From positions 1 to 34,361 of IMG/VR virus record IMGVR_UViG_3300032243_000035: DNA of 34,361 bases. The stretch is one strand, 5' to 3'. Shown here one piece after another: positions 14,520-22,484 of this stretch. The stretch is from a virus. Below the pieces are notes generated by a model. The model saw only the letters and a list, made by a program, of their open reading frames with translations. It did not search any database and was not told where the DNA came from. Numbering within the stretch: position 1 is the stretch's first letter; the number at the start of each line of letters is the position of its first letter. The translations under genes were made by a program, and so were the position numbers.

Positions 14520-14730
14520 ATTCAATGTCGTGATCTGCTTCTATATCTCTAGCCAGCTGCCGCCAGTCAAGGCTACGTCTATATAACGTATATATACGCT
14601 CTTCACTTAGCGGTTCAGAACGGCGGTTTAGCCTGTCGTTTGCTTCAGCAAGGGAGAGCTGGGTTTCATTCAGAATATTATGCAGCTCTTTGATTTCTGC
14701 TCTGAGGAAATTGACAAGATCAGACGTCAT
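14518..14730 (-). CDS. Hypothetical coiled-coil protein (70 aa from MTSDLVNF). Last gene of the long minus-strand series.
   Basis: The ATG overlaps the end of the phosphoesterase gene by 11 nt. The longer ORF-track N-terminus lies inside that gene. Confidence 0.5.
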   Translation of the reverse strand: MTSDLVNFLRAEIKELHNILNETQLSLAEANDRLNRRSEPLSEERIYTLYRRSLDWRQLARDIEADHDIE

Positions 14731-15679
14731 AGACCTTACCCCTAAATTCAATTTTGCCCTCATCCCATTTATGTACCAATTCAGGCCACAAAAGACGACC
14801 TTCATGGAATGTAAGGATGGCAAAGCCTGATCGCCAATTGGTCGGACCATCTTCAAGGTAATTTATAAACTGTGGTCCACTTGGCTCGGCAAGGGTTCCA
14901 GTATCGACACCATAACGTGTGCCGTTGTAATCGCTATAAGGCGTAACCTTTAAGCTGTGTAGATGCCCCGTAACCATCGTTTTGCCCGACATTGAGGTGT
15001 TTCCGTGTGTAGCGTGTATACCGCCCTTCCAGCGGTGTTTAACGACCACCTCATCGGTAGGCCAGCAGCTCCAGCAAGGATGCCATGTAGGAAAGTGGTC
15101 TTTTAGGGAAAACCCTTTAACAAACTCATACTGAGGTGCATTAGCTGCTAAACGGTTTTCAAATCTTGCATCATGGTTGCCTAACGTCCATATAAGATTT
15201 ACGTTGCTTCTAGCTTTCTTAGCTTCATCTTCTATTTCACCAAGAGCTATTTCACAGGCTTTGAGCTCTTGGATCACCGATGGCGTTGAATCCCATCCAA
15301 TACGAGGAAAGCGAGAAATAGAAGCGCCATCAAATACATCTCCATTTGCGATAATTGCTTTAGGCTGAAATTCTTTAATTGCCCAAAGAACACCTTTAAA
15401 CGCCGTTGTATGTATGCTTGGCCAAAAATGAGCATCGCTAAAAACAAGAACAACACCATTTTCAATACCTAATTCTTTTCTAACTGGGTTTTCAGGTTTG
15501 TTGACAGATGGAAGTTTATAACTAGAAACAAGTGCTATTCCTGACTTGTCTTCAATTTCTTTGCGCCGCCTAAGAATCTGTCGTTCATTCATGCCAATAG
15601 CAATTGCCATTTTGCTACCTGATTTGTGCAAATTCCAAATTTCTACAAATTCTTCATCGCTATAAATTGATTTTGGCAT
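14720..15679 (-). CDS. Metallophosphoesterase (calcineurin-like) with an N-terminal HTH-like domain (319 aa).
   Basis: Motifs SDAHF, NGDVFDG, GNHDARF and GHLH. The N-terminal approx. 55 aa resemble an HTH (GSKMAIAIGMNERQILRRRKE). Confidence 0.8.
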   Translation of the reverse strand: MPKSIYSDEEFVEIWNLHKSGSKMAIAIGMNERQILRRRKEIEDKSGIALVSSYKLPSVNKPENPVRKELGIENGVVLVFSDAHFWPSIHTTAFKGVLWAIKEFQPKAIIANGDVFDGASISRFPRIGWDSTPSVIQELKACEIALGEIEDEAKKARSNVNLIWTLGNHDARFENRLAANAPQYEFVKGFSLKDHFPTWHPCWSCWPTDEVVVKHRWKGGIHATHGNTSMSGKTMVTGHLHSLKVTPYSDYNGTRYGVDTGTLAEPSGPQFINYLEDGPTNWRSGFAILTFHEGRLLWPELVHKWDEGKIEFRGKVYDV

Positions 15680-15742
15680 GACAACTCCATTGAAGTTGCC
15701 TTAAATTAAACTAAATCAATGACAAGCAAATGAAACTTAATG

Positions 15743-16171
15743 TTAAGCGTACTCTTTTGTGCCTGATTTGTCTATTATTAACGACATTAGTCTAGGTTTT
15801 GCACCATCAGCGTTTGGAATTGAAAGATGGGTCCAAGAATTGAATTCACGAATGCACTGGTCATAGGGTAAGCCCGATGCAATAATGGCTTTAACAACTT
15901 CATCAGGGGTCATGCCTGGCACTCTAATATCTGCAGCACACCCACGTCGATGCTGAGATTTGTCAGACGATCCAACGGCTTGGTTCACTTCAGCACTGCG
16001 AAAAGCGCTGTTTACCATGATTGGTTTACCGCCAAGCACTTCTTTAACTTGCTCTAAGAATTCAGCCAGCCGCACAAGATTGGCAATCTCGGCATCATTT
16101 GGGGTATTGTCAAACTGCCGATGTTCGGTAACAGTCAGCTCTTCAAGTGTAAAATGTTCTGTAAGGTTCAT
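15743..16171 (-). CDS. Endolysin, peptidase M15 (Peptidase_M15_3-like, 142 aa).
   Basis: SAFRSAEVNQAVGSSDKSQHRRGCAADI...WTHLS provides the Zn ligands H, D and H. ATGA overlap with the holin gene. Confidence 0.85.
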   Translation of the reverse strand: MNLTEHFTLEELTVTEHRQFDNTPNDAEIANLVRLAEFLEQVKEVLGGKPIMVNSAFRSAEVNQAVGSSDKSQHRRGCAADIRVPGMTPDEVVKAIIASGLPYDQCIREFNSWTHLSIPNADGAKPRLMSLIIDKSGTKEYA

Positions 16172-16662
16172 GGAGTTGGACTCGATTTATGGAGTAGTAC
16201 GTCCTTTTTTTGGCTACCAGCAGAACTACCAAAGTAGAAAGCAATAATGCCGGTCCATGCTGTTCCAAGGCTACCTAACATCATCATTAGCGCATCTGAT
16301 GTTTTGAAGTGGTCAGTCATTAAACCAACTAAGATTCCAAAGAAGCCAAGGGTAACGGCTATAGCCATCAAACCAGGTATCCAAGACTGAGTAGAGGCTT
16401 GCAACTCCCGCGCTGATTTGCGGTCGTCTACGGCAATCTTTTCAAAGTCTAAGCCTAACTCTTGGGCGCGAGCTGCCATCGCTAATTCGGCCTGTTTAAT
16501 AGCGCCTATTTGTTCTGCTGATAACTTGCCTTGGTCAATGGTAGATTGAACGTCTTTGGGGTCAATTCCAATTGCTTTAGATATAGCGTCAACCGCCAAG
16601 CCAGCTAATGGACCACCAAGCGCCGTAGCAATGGTGGGTGCAATTTGTTTTAACCAATCCAT
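16168..16662 (-). CDS. Holin, 3-TM 'gene-transfer release' type (164 aa).
   Basis: The N-terminus is MDWLKQIAPTIATALGGPLAGLAVDAISKAIGIDP. A charged linker is followed by C-terminal TM helices. Located immediately upstream of the endolysin. Confidence 0.7.
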   Translation of the reverse strand: MDWLKQIAPTIATALGGPLAGLAVDAISKAIGIDPKDVQSTIDQGKLSAEQIGAIKQAELAMAARAQELGLDFEKIAVDDRKSARELQASTQSWIPGLMAIAVTLGFFGILVGLMTDHFKTSDALMMMLGSLGTAWTGIIAFYFGSSAGSQKKDVLLHKSSPTP

Positions 16663-16724
16663 ATTTACCCCTTAATTAATTATTAAATAAAAAATGAAAG
16701 AAACTAACAAAATATCGTAAAGGT

Positions 16725-16997
16725 TCATTTGTTTTCTTTTGCTTTGTTAATCAACTTTTGCACTTGCTCTTGTTGGTGCTTTGCTTCTTGTTTAACCTCA
16801 AGCACATCTACAAACAATATACCCAATAAAGGTAGCAACATAATCACTAACACACAAGCTGCAATCCATCCCACTACGCCCTCCCAATCTTGCTCAACAG
16901 GCCGAGGATTAACCACATATATAGGAGGAATAGGATAGTCGCTAGCAGATACGCCTGTTTTTCTCTTAGCAGCCGTTCCTCTTCTTTGCGTTGCCAT
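16725..16997 (-). CDS. Membrane protein (90 aa; basic N-terminus, one TM, short coiled-coil tail).
   Basis: Single TM VVGWIAACVLVIMLLPLLGILFV. Starts inside the 3' end of the preceding gene (124-nt overlap). Confidence 0.5.
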   Translation of the reverse strand: MATQRRGTAAKRKTGVSASDYPIPPIYVVNPRPVEQDWEGVVGWIAACVLVIMLLPLLGILFVDVLEVKQEAKHQQEQVQKLINKAKENK

Positions 16998-17446
16998 GAT
17001 TCATTGTCTCTCTTCTTTCTTGCCTTGTCCTGCTCTTCCTTGATAACGTCCCGCATTTCAAATGTTTTGCTGTACAAAGCACCCATTTCTTTAGGCGCGC
17101 CATACACCATAGCTTCTCTTATCTCAATCTCTAAAGCCGCCATTTGATCTTGTGCCATCACCCGTTTTAAGGCTGCTTCCATTAAGTTGGCATCAGGGTC
17201 GTAAACATTCTTTGACTTTTCTTCTTCTTCCCTTATGTGCGCCGCCAACTGTTCTTGCAATTTAAAAAACTGTGTAAGCTGGCTAACAATGTCAGCCATA
17301 ACTTGAGTTTCGTCAACCGCTACATACTTTTCTCTTTTGTTTGTCTTTTGCGCCATAGGCTTGGTCGAGCCAAAGAGCTTTGACCAAAAAGATTGAACCG
17401 CTTTGGCATCTGAAACAATTTCTTCAATAGTTGACTTAACTTCCAT
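16874..17446 (-). CDS. Coiled-coil protein with a C-terminal TM segment (190 aa).
   Basis: Long helical charged region followed by AYLLATILFLLYMWLILGLL. Sits in the lysis cassette. Confidence 0.55.
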   Translation of the reverse strand: MEVKSTIEEIVSDAKAVQSFWSKLFGSTKPMAQKTNKREKYVAVDETQVMADIVSQLTQFFKLQEQLAAHIREEEEKSKNVYDPDANLMEAALKRVMAQDQMAALEIEIREAMVYGAPKEMGALYSKTFEMRDVIKEEQDKARKKRDNESWQRKEEERLLREKQAYLLATILFLLYMWLILGLLSKIGRA

Positions 17447-17541
17447 AAAAGAAGTTTTAGCTTGCTTGTAAAGGTCGCAACCTTGCTTAATAGCTGCAAC
17501 ACAAGCATTTGCCGCAAAGAGGATAGATAGTGGATCAATTT

Positions 17542-17745
17542 TTAGCCTTTGTGTAGCCAGTTGGTTACATATCCAACAACGCTAGAAATTGCCGACACAA
17601 CAACCATGCCCATCCAAAAACCGCCTTTGGATTGATTGGCCAACGCTAAAAGCGTAGCCATGCCATCTTCTAGCTTGTCAATTTTCTTTTCAAGCTCTTC
17701 AACTTTTTGCCAAAGAACACCATATTTGACGGGATCAATATCCAT
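17542..17745 (-). CDS. Small tail-anchored membrane protein (67 aa). Possible holin or antiholin partner.
   Basis: N-terminal coiled coil (WQKVEELEKKIDKLEDG) and a C-terminal TM (FWMGMVVVSAISSVVGYV). Confidence 0.5.
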   Translation of the reverse strand: MDIDPVKYGVLWQKVEELEKKIDKLEDGMATLLALANQSKGGFWMGMVVVSAISSVVGYVTNWLHKG

Positions 17746-17747
17746 GA

Positions 17748-18290
17748 TTAGGTCTTTTGAATGTAGGCCAAAGCATAGTACAAAGGCAAATTTGTACCGC
17801 CAGAGCTTGTTGCAGCCGAGGTAAAGCCGCCAGTATTACCTACAGAGTAAGTATTACCAGCGCCTACGATAAATCTGTCTCGCAGATCAGGGGTTCCATT
17901 AGAACCATTACAAATGACATATCCACTAGGAATAGACCCAATTGATCCCGACCACGCAATAATCGCCCCTGATGGCACAGCAGTCGCAGAAGCTACGCTA
18001 GACGGGATTCCATAAAGATTGTCATACGTTTGGATAGTCACGCTTGCAGAATCTTGCAATACAAACTTGTATGAATAGCCTGAATTCAGCCAAATCTCAT
18101 TAGGTGGGCGGCCATCTGTTCCAAGTTGAATAGGATTGGTGTTAGACACACCGCCTGTAGAGTCTGTATACGTCCCTAAAGGCGTAGAAGAACCCGCTTG
18201 ATAGGTGTAGATGTACCCGCCGTTTAATGGCAGTCCTGTGGTGGTAAAGAATTGGAATCCATTACCAATGGGGGAGAGTAGGTAAGCCAT
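17748..18290 (-). CDS. Tail fibre protein with a C-terminal phage tail-collar domain (180 aa).
   Basis: The segment GAIIAWSGSIGSIPSGYVICNGSNGTPDLRDRFIVGAG matches the Phage_Tail_Collar pattern. The N-terminus NGGYIYTYQAGSSTPLGTYTDS...NTNPIQLGTDGR is fibre-like. Confidence 0.7.
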   Translation of the reverse strand: MAYLLSPIGNGFQFFTTTGLPLNGGYIYTYQAGSSTPLGTYTDSTGGVSNTNPIQLGTDGRPPNEIWLNSGYSYKFVLQDSASVTIQTYDNLYGIPSSVASATAVPSGAIIAWSGSIGSIPSGYVICNGSNGTPDLRDRFIVGAGNTYSVGNTGGFTSAATSSGGTNLPLYYALAYIQKT

Positions 18291-18291
18291 G

Positions 18292-20427
18292 TTATTCCTT
18301 TGTTAATCCACTATATGGATGAATTGCTTGTTTTGCAAAGTTTTCATGGCCTCTAGACAACATCCATTGTTTTCCAGCCATTGTGAATGGTACAGATGCG
18401 CCAGCAGTTGCAGATGCTAATTTTGCTTCAGCAGCTGTTGCCAAACCTTGAGCAGCCAATTCTTTAAGATAAGCGCTAAATGAATTTGAATGATTAAAAA
18501 CACCAGCTTGAGGTTTGCCAATTTTGCTTGACAATAAACCAAGCTCAGAAACATCTTGCATGGCTGTAGGTGGTAATGCGGCTTTTAATCTTGGAGATTC
18601 TTTAAGTAAAAAATCAGCAAATCGGTCTGATTTCACATTAGATGCATTTGCATTTACTTGTTGATTTTTAGCTCTTTCAAGTTCAGCAAAAGTAATTGCT
18701 TGATGTGCAAGGTCATTAGAATCAATTTCTGCTTTCATGCGTCTGATTGCTTCAGGCGTTGCAGTTGACACATATTTTTGATGGAATTTGGCAGCATTCA
18801 GACTTTCACCTTGTGATGACGCATCTTCTAAACTATCAAATTCTTTGACCGCAGCTTTGTACGCAGGATTAGACCGAATAACATCTTGTCTTTCTTTGTA
18901 CAAAGATCGAGCTTTATCTGCCAGTTGTTTTAGTTGTGCCGCTTGTGGATCAAATGCTGCATTTTCTTCATTAAAAACAGGTAGTTTTTCCACCTCTTGA
19001 CGAATAAGATAAGCAGCCGCCCTTTTATTAGGTTCGCCTGTTCTCATGTCATTTGCTAAATTTGTCCGCAAATTTTCGTACTGTTCAAAAGTTGGATTTT
19101 CGTAAAAAGACTTTAGATCAGCATTAATTTCAGGCGAAACACGATTTGTTTTCATGCCTTTTGTTAATGCACTAGATATATTTGTTTGTAATGTTCCTAC
19201 ATCAATAGGAAAATTTCCACCATTGGCATTTTCTAAAGCTTTGTATGCTTGAGAAATATTGTCAAGACGAATTTTGTCTTTTGCCGCTAGACCATTAATT
19301 TCATGTTGGCCAAGTTCAGATGCATCAGCTGTTGATGAAATATCAGGTGCGTGTTTGATTTTGGCGTTTTCAAAAGCATCAGCTAATTGTTTGGGTTGAC
19401 TAGCAAAATGATTGCTTAAAGTATCTGTTTTGCCGCGAGCATTCCATTCATCTACATAGCGATTCAAGTCGCCTGTACGTTGGCCAGCAGTCAAATCTAC
19501 ACCATGTTTTTCTTCTAAAGCGCGAGTTTCAACAGCAGGCACATTGATGGCTTCCAATGGCTTAGATTGAATGTGTGCTTGCAATTCAGGAGAAGCATTA
19601 GCTATTGCTGAATTTATATTGCCACGCAAAACAGCTTGTGGCGTTGCTTGTGCAGCACCCACGTTTTGAGGCATTTGGCTAACATCCATTTGCGGTTCAA
19701 TACGTCCAGCTTCTGGGACTTTCAATTCTTGCGCCCAAGCGGGTAAATTTCTTGCAGTTTCAACACCCATTTTGCCAAGTTTGAAGCCTGGCACTGCCAA
19801 CAAAGGTGCATTAGTAACCAGCTGCTGTGCATCTTGTGGAGCCATACCCTGTTTAACTAACAGTTCAATTGCGGGTTGTGCGCCATATTTATTGATTAAT
19901 CCCATAACTTGGCTAACTGGGCTTAACTCATAGGATTCTGTTCCTTGACCAATAGGTTTATTTGCAAGATTGGCTAGTTTCCCAGGCTGCAAATAGGATA
20001 AAGGCTCTGAAACATATTCAGATATTTGTTGTGCTCGCTCTGGTGTAGCACCCATCCTAGCAGCACCATACGTCAATCCACCACCAATTTGAGCAGGCAA
20101 ACTTAAAGGCAGATCAAGCGTTGACAAACCCGTAGCTTGTGCGCCTTGACGCAGCTTAAACATTTGTTCCAGTGCTTTACCAAAAATTGGGTTGCCTTGT
20201 GGCCGTTGCGCCATTTTTTCTTCAGGACCACCCATAGCCTCGCCAAACGCTTTTAAAGGGTCAAAAGCGCTAATTGTTGGATCAAGTGAATAAGGTGAAT
20301 ATTCTTCAAATTGCAAATCAGGCCGCTTGCCACTCATGGGGCTTGGGCTAGGCGCAAAATCTTCACTTGGCGCACCAAACGCTGAAATGGTTGGATCGCT
20401 GGAATAATCTTTAGTTGCGGTGGCCAT
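18292..20427 (-). CDS. Large virion-associated protein (711 aa). Putative internal or ejection protein.
   Basis: Assigned from size, helical low-complexity sequence and position between hub and fibre genes. No catalytic motif recognised. Confidence 0.45.
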   Translation of the reverse strand: MATATKDYSSDPTISAFGAPSEDFAPSPSPMSGKRPDLQFEEYSPYSLDPTISAFDPLKAFGEAMGGPEEKMAQRPQGNPIFGKALEQMFKLRQGAQATGLSTLDLPLSLPAQIGGGLTYGAARMGATPERAQQISEYVSEPLSYLQPGKLANLANKPIGQGTESYELSPVSQVMGLINKYGAQPAIELLVKQGMAPQDAQQLVTNAPLLAVPGFKLGKMGVETARNLPAWAQELKVPEAGRIEPQMDVSQMPQNVGAAQATPQAVLRGNINSAIANASPELQAHIQSKPLEAINVPAVETRALEEKHGVDLTAGQRTGDLNRYVDEWNARGKTDTLSNHFASQPKQLADAFENAKIKHAPDISSTADASELGQHEINGLAAKDKIRLDNISQAYKALENANGGNFPIDVGTLQTNISSALTKGMKTNRVSPEINADLKSFYENPTFEQYENLRTNLANDMRTGEPNKRAAAYLIRQEVEKLPVFNEENAAFDPQAAQLKQLADKARSLYKERQDVIRSNPAYKAAVKEFDSLEDASSQGESLNAAKFHQKYVSTATPEAIRRMKAEIDSNDLAHQAITFAELERAKNQQVNANASNVKSDRFADFLLKESPRLKAALPPTAMQDVSELGLLSSKIGKPQAGVFNHSNSFSAYLKELAAQGLATAAEAKLASATAGASVPFTMAGKQWMLSRGHENFAKQAIHPYSGLTKE

Positions 20428-21980
20428 TAAAAATCTCCAGTTTGCAAGCGTCTAATGTTCAAAGCTTTCTGCTGAAGTTGTTTTAATTCTGCTGGCGTGG
20501 CAAGTCCAATGATGCGTTTAATTTCTTGTGATTTTTGGTTAGGCGTCATATTGGAATTATTGATGTTTTCCACCATGAAAATACGCGGGTCATAATTACT
20601 TTTCCAAGCCTGTTGAAAATTATCAGCGTGTATGGCTGAATTAATTGGGTCTTTAGACTTGTAAGAAGAAATGCCTTGGTTATACATTTGCGTTGCTAAA
20701 CGCGTTGCGTCTGTGCGCTCTACAATTTTTGCCAATGCTTTAGGATCAATGTCAGCAGAACCATTGGCCACAGCAACAGTATTTTGAGCATTTACCGAAT
20801 CAACACCACCCATCATTTTGGCTTGCAACAATTGATTTTGTGCTAAGTCTTTAAGCAAAGTGTCTAATTGCTCATTGCCTGCCAATAATTTACCGCCTTG
20901 ACGCAAAAGTTGGCCAGGCCGACTGCTTTGAGCTTGCGATAAAGTTTGCTTGATACTGTTAATAATTACGCTTTGGTCAGCCGCTGTTTGATTACCTGAT
21001 GCGGCATCCGCAAACAGTTTTTGACCAGTTTCGTATCGGTCTTTTTGTTGCGTGTTCATTTGACGCAAACCACTTTGTGCAACAGCCATATCTTCACGAA
21101 CCAAAGGCATTCTTACTGTTCCTGTTGGCACAGCGGGTTGTGGCGCTTGCGTAGTTGGCTGGGCTTGTGTACTTGGCTGTGGCGTAGTTGGCGCAGCTTG
21201 CGTGGATGGAGTGCCTGTTTGTCCTGCGGACATTGCAGATGGCGAATTGGGTGTATGCAAATTGCCATTTTTGTCCACAAAGTAAGTAACGCCATTGATT
21301 GTTTGAAATCCTGGCGTTGGAACTACGTCAATAGATGGACCAACCGCTGTTCCAGGTTTAACGCCAGTCAATATTTCTGCACCCATCTGACGGGGGGTCA
21401 TTTTTCCACCCTCAGTAGTCATAGTTGCAGCAGGGTACAGTTTTTCTAATTGCGATTGACTATTTAAAGTAGCCGCTAATTTTTTAGCAGCAAATGCGCG
21501 TAATTCTGTAGGCGTTCCATTTTCAGGCAATCCATAAAGCGCTTGTTTAATAGCTTCAGGCGGCCCGTTTAGTTCTTTAACTTTGTCGGTAATATATTTT
21601 CTGATGTCATCGGCTTTTAAATCAGGCTTTTGCACCATTGTTTGCAATTGCTGAACAGCGTCATTTGCGTGTTGCATTGCATAATCTAAAGCGTCTTTTT
21701 GTGATTTTGTTGTGGCGCTTGAAGATGTTGCTTTTGCTTCTTCAATTTTTGGATTAAGCGTTTGTTCAGCAAGTGTAGTTAACGCAGATTGTTGGCGTAA
21801 TTGCAGAGGATTAAATTGCTTTGCTTGCTCAACTTGTTGCTGAAGAGCTTGCAATTGCAAAGGATTTAACTGTTGGGCCTGCTGATAAGCCTGTGCGCCT
21901 CGGGCAAGATTCATCATGTCCGCTAAACTGGTCTGCGGAATATTTGGGGTTAATTGCGTGTTAAAGCCGTAATCTGCCAT
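20427..21980 (-). CDS. Q/P/T-rich virion-associated protein (517 aa). Putative internal or ejection protein.
   Basis: 1-nt (TAATG) overlap with the next gene. Q-rich coiled coil and a P/T/Q linker. Confidence 0.45.
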   Translation of the reverse strand: MADYGFNTQLTPNIPQTSLADMMNLARGAQAYQQAQQLNPLQLQALQQQVEQAKQFNPLQLRQQSALTTLAEQTLNPKIEEAKATSSSATTKSQKDALDYAMQHANDAVQQLQTMVQKPDLKADDIRKYITDKVKELNGPPEAIKQALYGLPENGTPTELRAFAAKKLAATLNSQSQLEKLYPAATMTTEGGKMTPRQMGAEILTGVKPGTAVGPSIDVVPTPGFQTINGVTYFVDKNGNLHTPNSPSAMSAGQTGTPSTQAAPTTPQPSTQAQPTTQAPQPAVPTGTVRMPLVREDMAVAQSGLRQMNTQQKDRYETGQKLFADAASGNQTAADQSVIINSIKQTLSQAQSSRPGQLLRQGGKLLAGNEQLDTLLKDLAQNQLLQAKMMGGVDSVNAQNTVAVANGSADIDPKALAKIVERTDATRLATQMYNQGISSYKSKDPINSAIHADNFQQAWKSNYDPRIFMVENINNSNMTPNQKSQEIKRIIGLATPAELKQLQQKALNIRRLQTGDF

Positions 21981-21983
21981 GAT

Positions 21984-22484
21984 TTATCCTATTGCGTTAT
22001 AAGCATTCATAAAGTTGCTTCCGCTAACATTTGACCCTGCTGCGCCTTGGTTTTGGTTAAGCAATTGAGACAACAAATAAGCGTTTCCTGCGCCTGTCAA
22101 CGCACCACCATAACCAGCAGCTTGACCTACTCGACCAGCGGCCTGTGCTGCAGCTGAACCCACGCCGAGTTGACCTTGTGCGGTAGCGTTGTTTTGTGCC
22201 AACGTATTAGCCTGACCTTGTGCGGTTTGACCAATACCAGCAATACCCGCCAACGTGTTGTAAATGTTGCCACGTTGCGTTTGAAAACGATTAAAGGCAT
22301 TGTTATATTCTTGGCTAGCCATACCTTGTGTATAGTCTTCCATTCCTTGTAAGGCATTACCGCCAATCAAACCGCCAGCAAGATTAGAGGCACGTTGGTT
22401 AGCCTTTTGACCTTGTTGAAGCCTGAATGCGTAGCCTGGGTCTATGCCTTGTGCAAATTGTTCAGGTCCAAATTGTTGGGTCAA
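21984..22484 (-). CDS. G/A/Q-rich protein (166 aa, TTG start).
   Basis: TTGA overlap with the upstream stop. There is no ATG or GTG alternative, because an in-frame TAA lies 10 codons upstream. Confidence 0.5.
   Translation of the reverse strand: MTQQFGPEQFAQGIDPGYAFRLQQGQKANQRASNLAGGLIGGNALQGMEDYTQGMASQEYNNAFNRFQTQRGNIYNTLAGIAGIGQTAQGQANTLAQNNATAQGQLGVGSAAAQAAGRVGQAAGYGGALTGAGNAYLLSQLLNQNQGAAGSNVSGSNFMNAYNAIG

Noticed and set aside
14264-14525. Alternative-frame ORFs (14264-14452 plus strand, 14298-14525 minus strand) over the acidic gene.
   Set aside because: They are K-rich and S-rich translations of the GAA/GAC repeat region. These are artefacts of the D/E-coding low-complexity DNA.
16845-16870. 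Lipobox-like IAAC in the 90-aa lysis-cassette ORF (possible o-spanin).
   Set aside because: The Cys lies at residue 48, at the start of the hydrophobic helix rather than after it, and follows a 40-aa hydrophilic region. This is not a lipoprotein signal peptide.
17447-17541. The 95-nt gap upstream of the 190-aa ORF is open in frame (..KIDPLSILFAANACVAAIKQGCDLYKQAKTSF-MEVK..). The track ORF 17320-17538 lies in another frame.
   Set aside because: No ATG, GTG or TTG start lies in the open extension before the in-frame stop at 17582-17584; only ATT and CTG occur. The 72-aa track ORF is an off-frame shadow. The gap is left unannotated.
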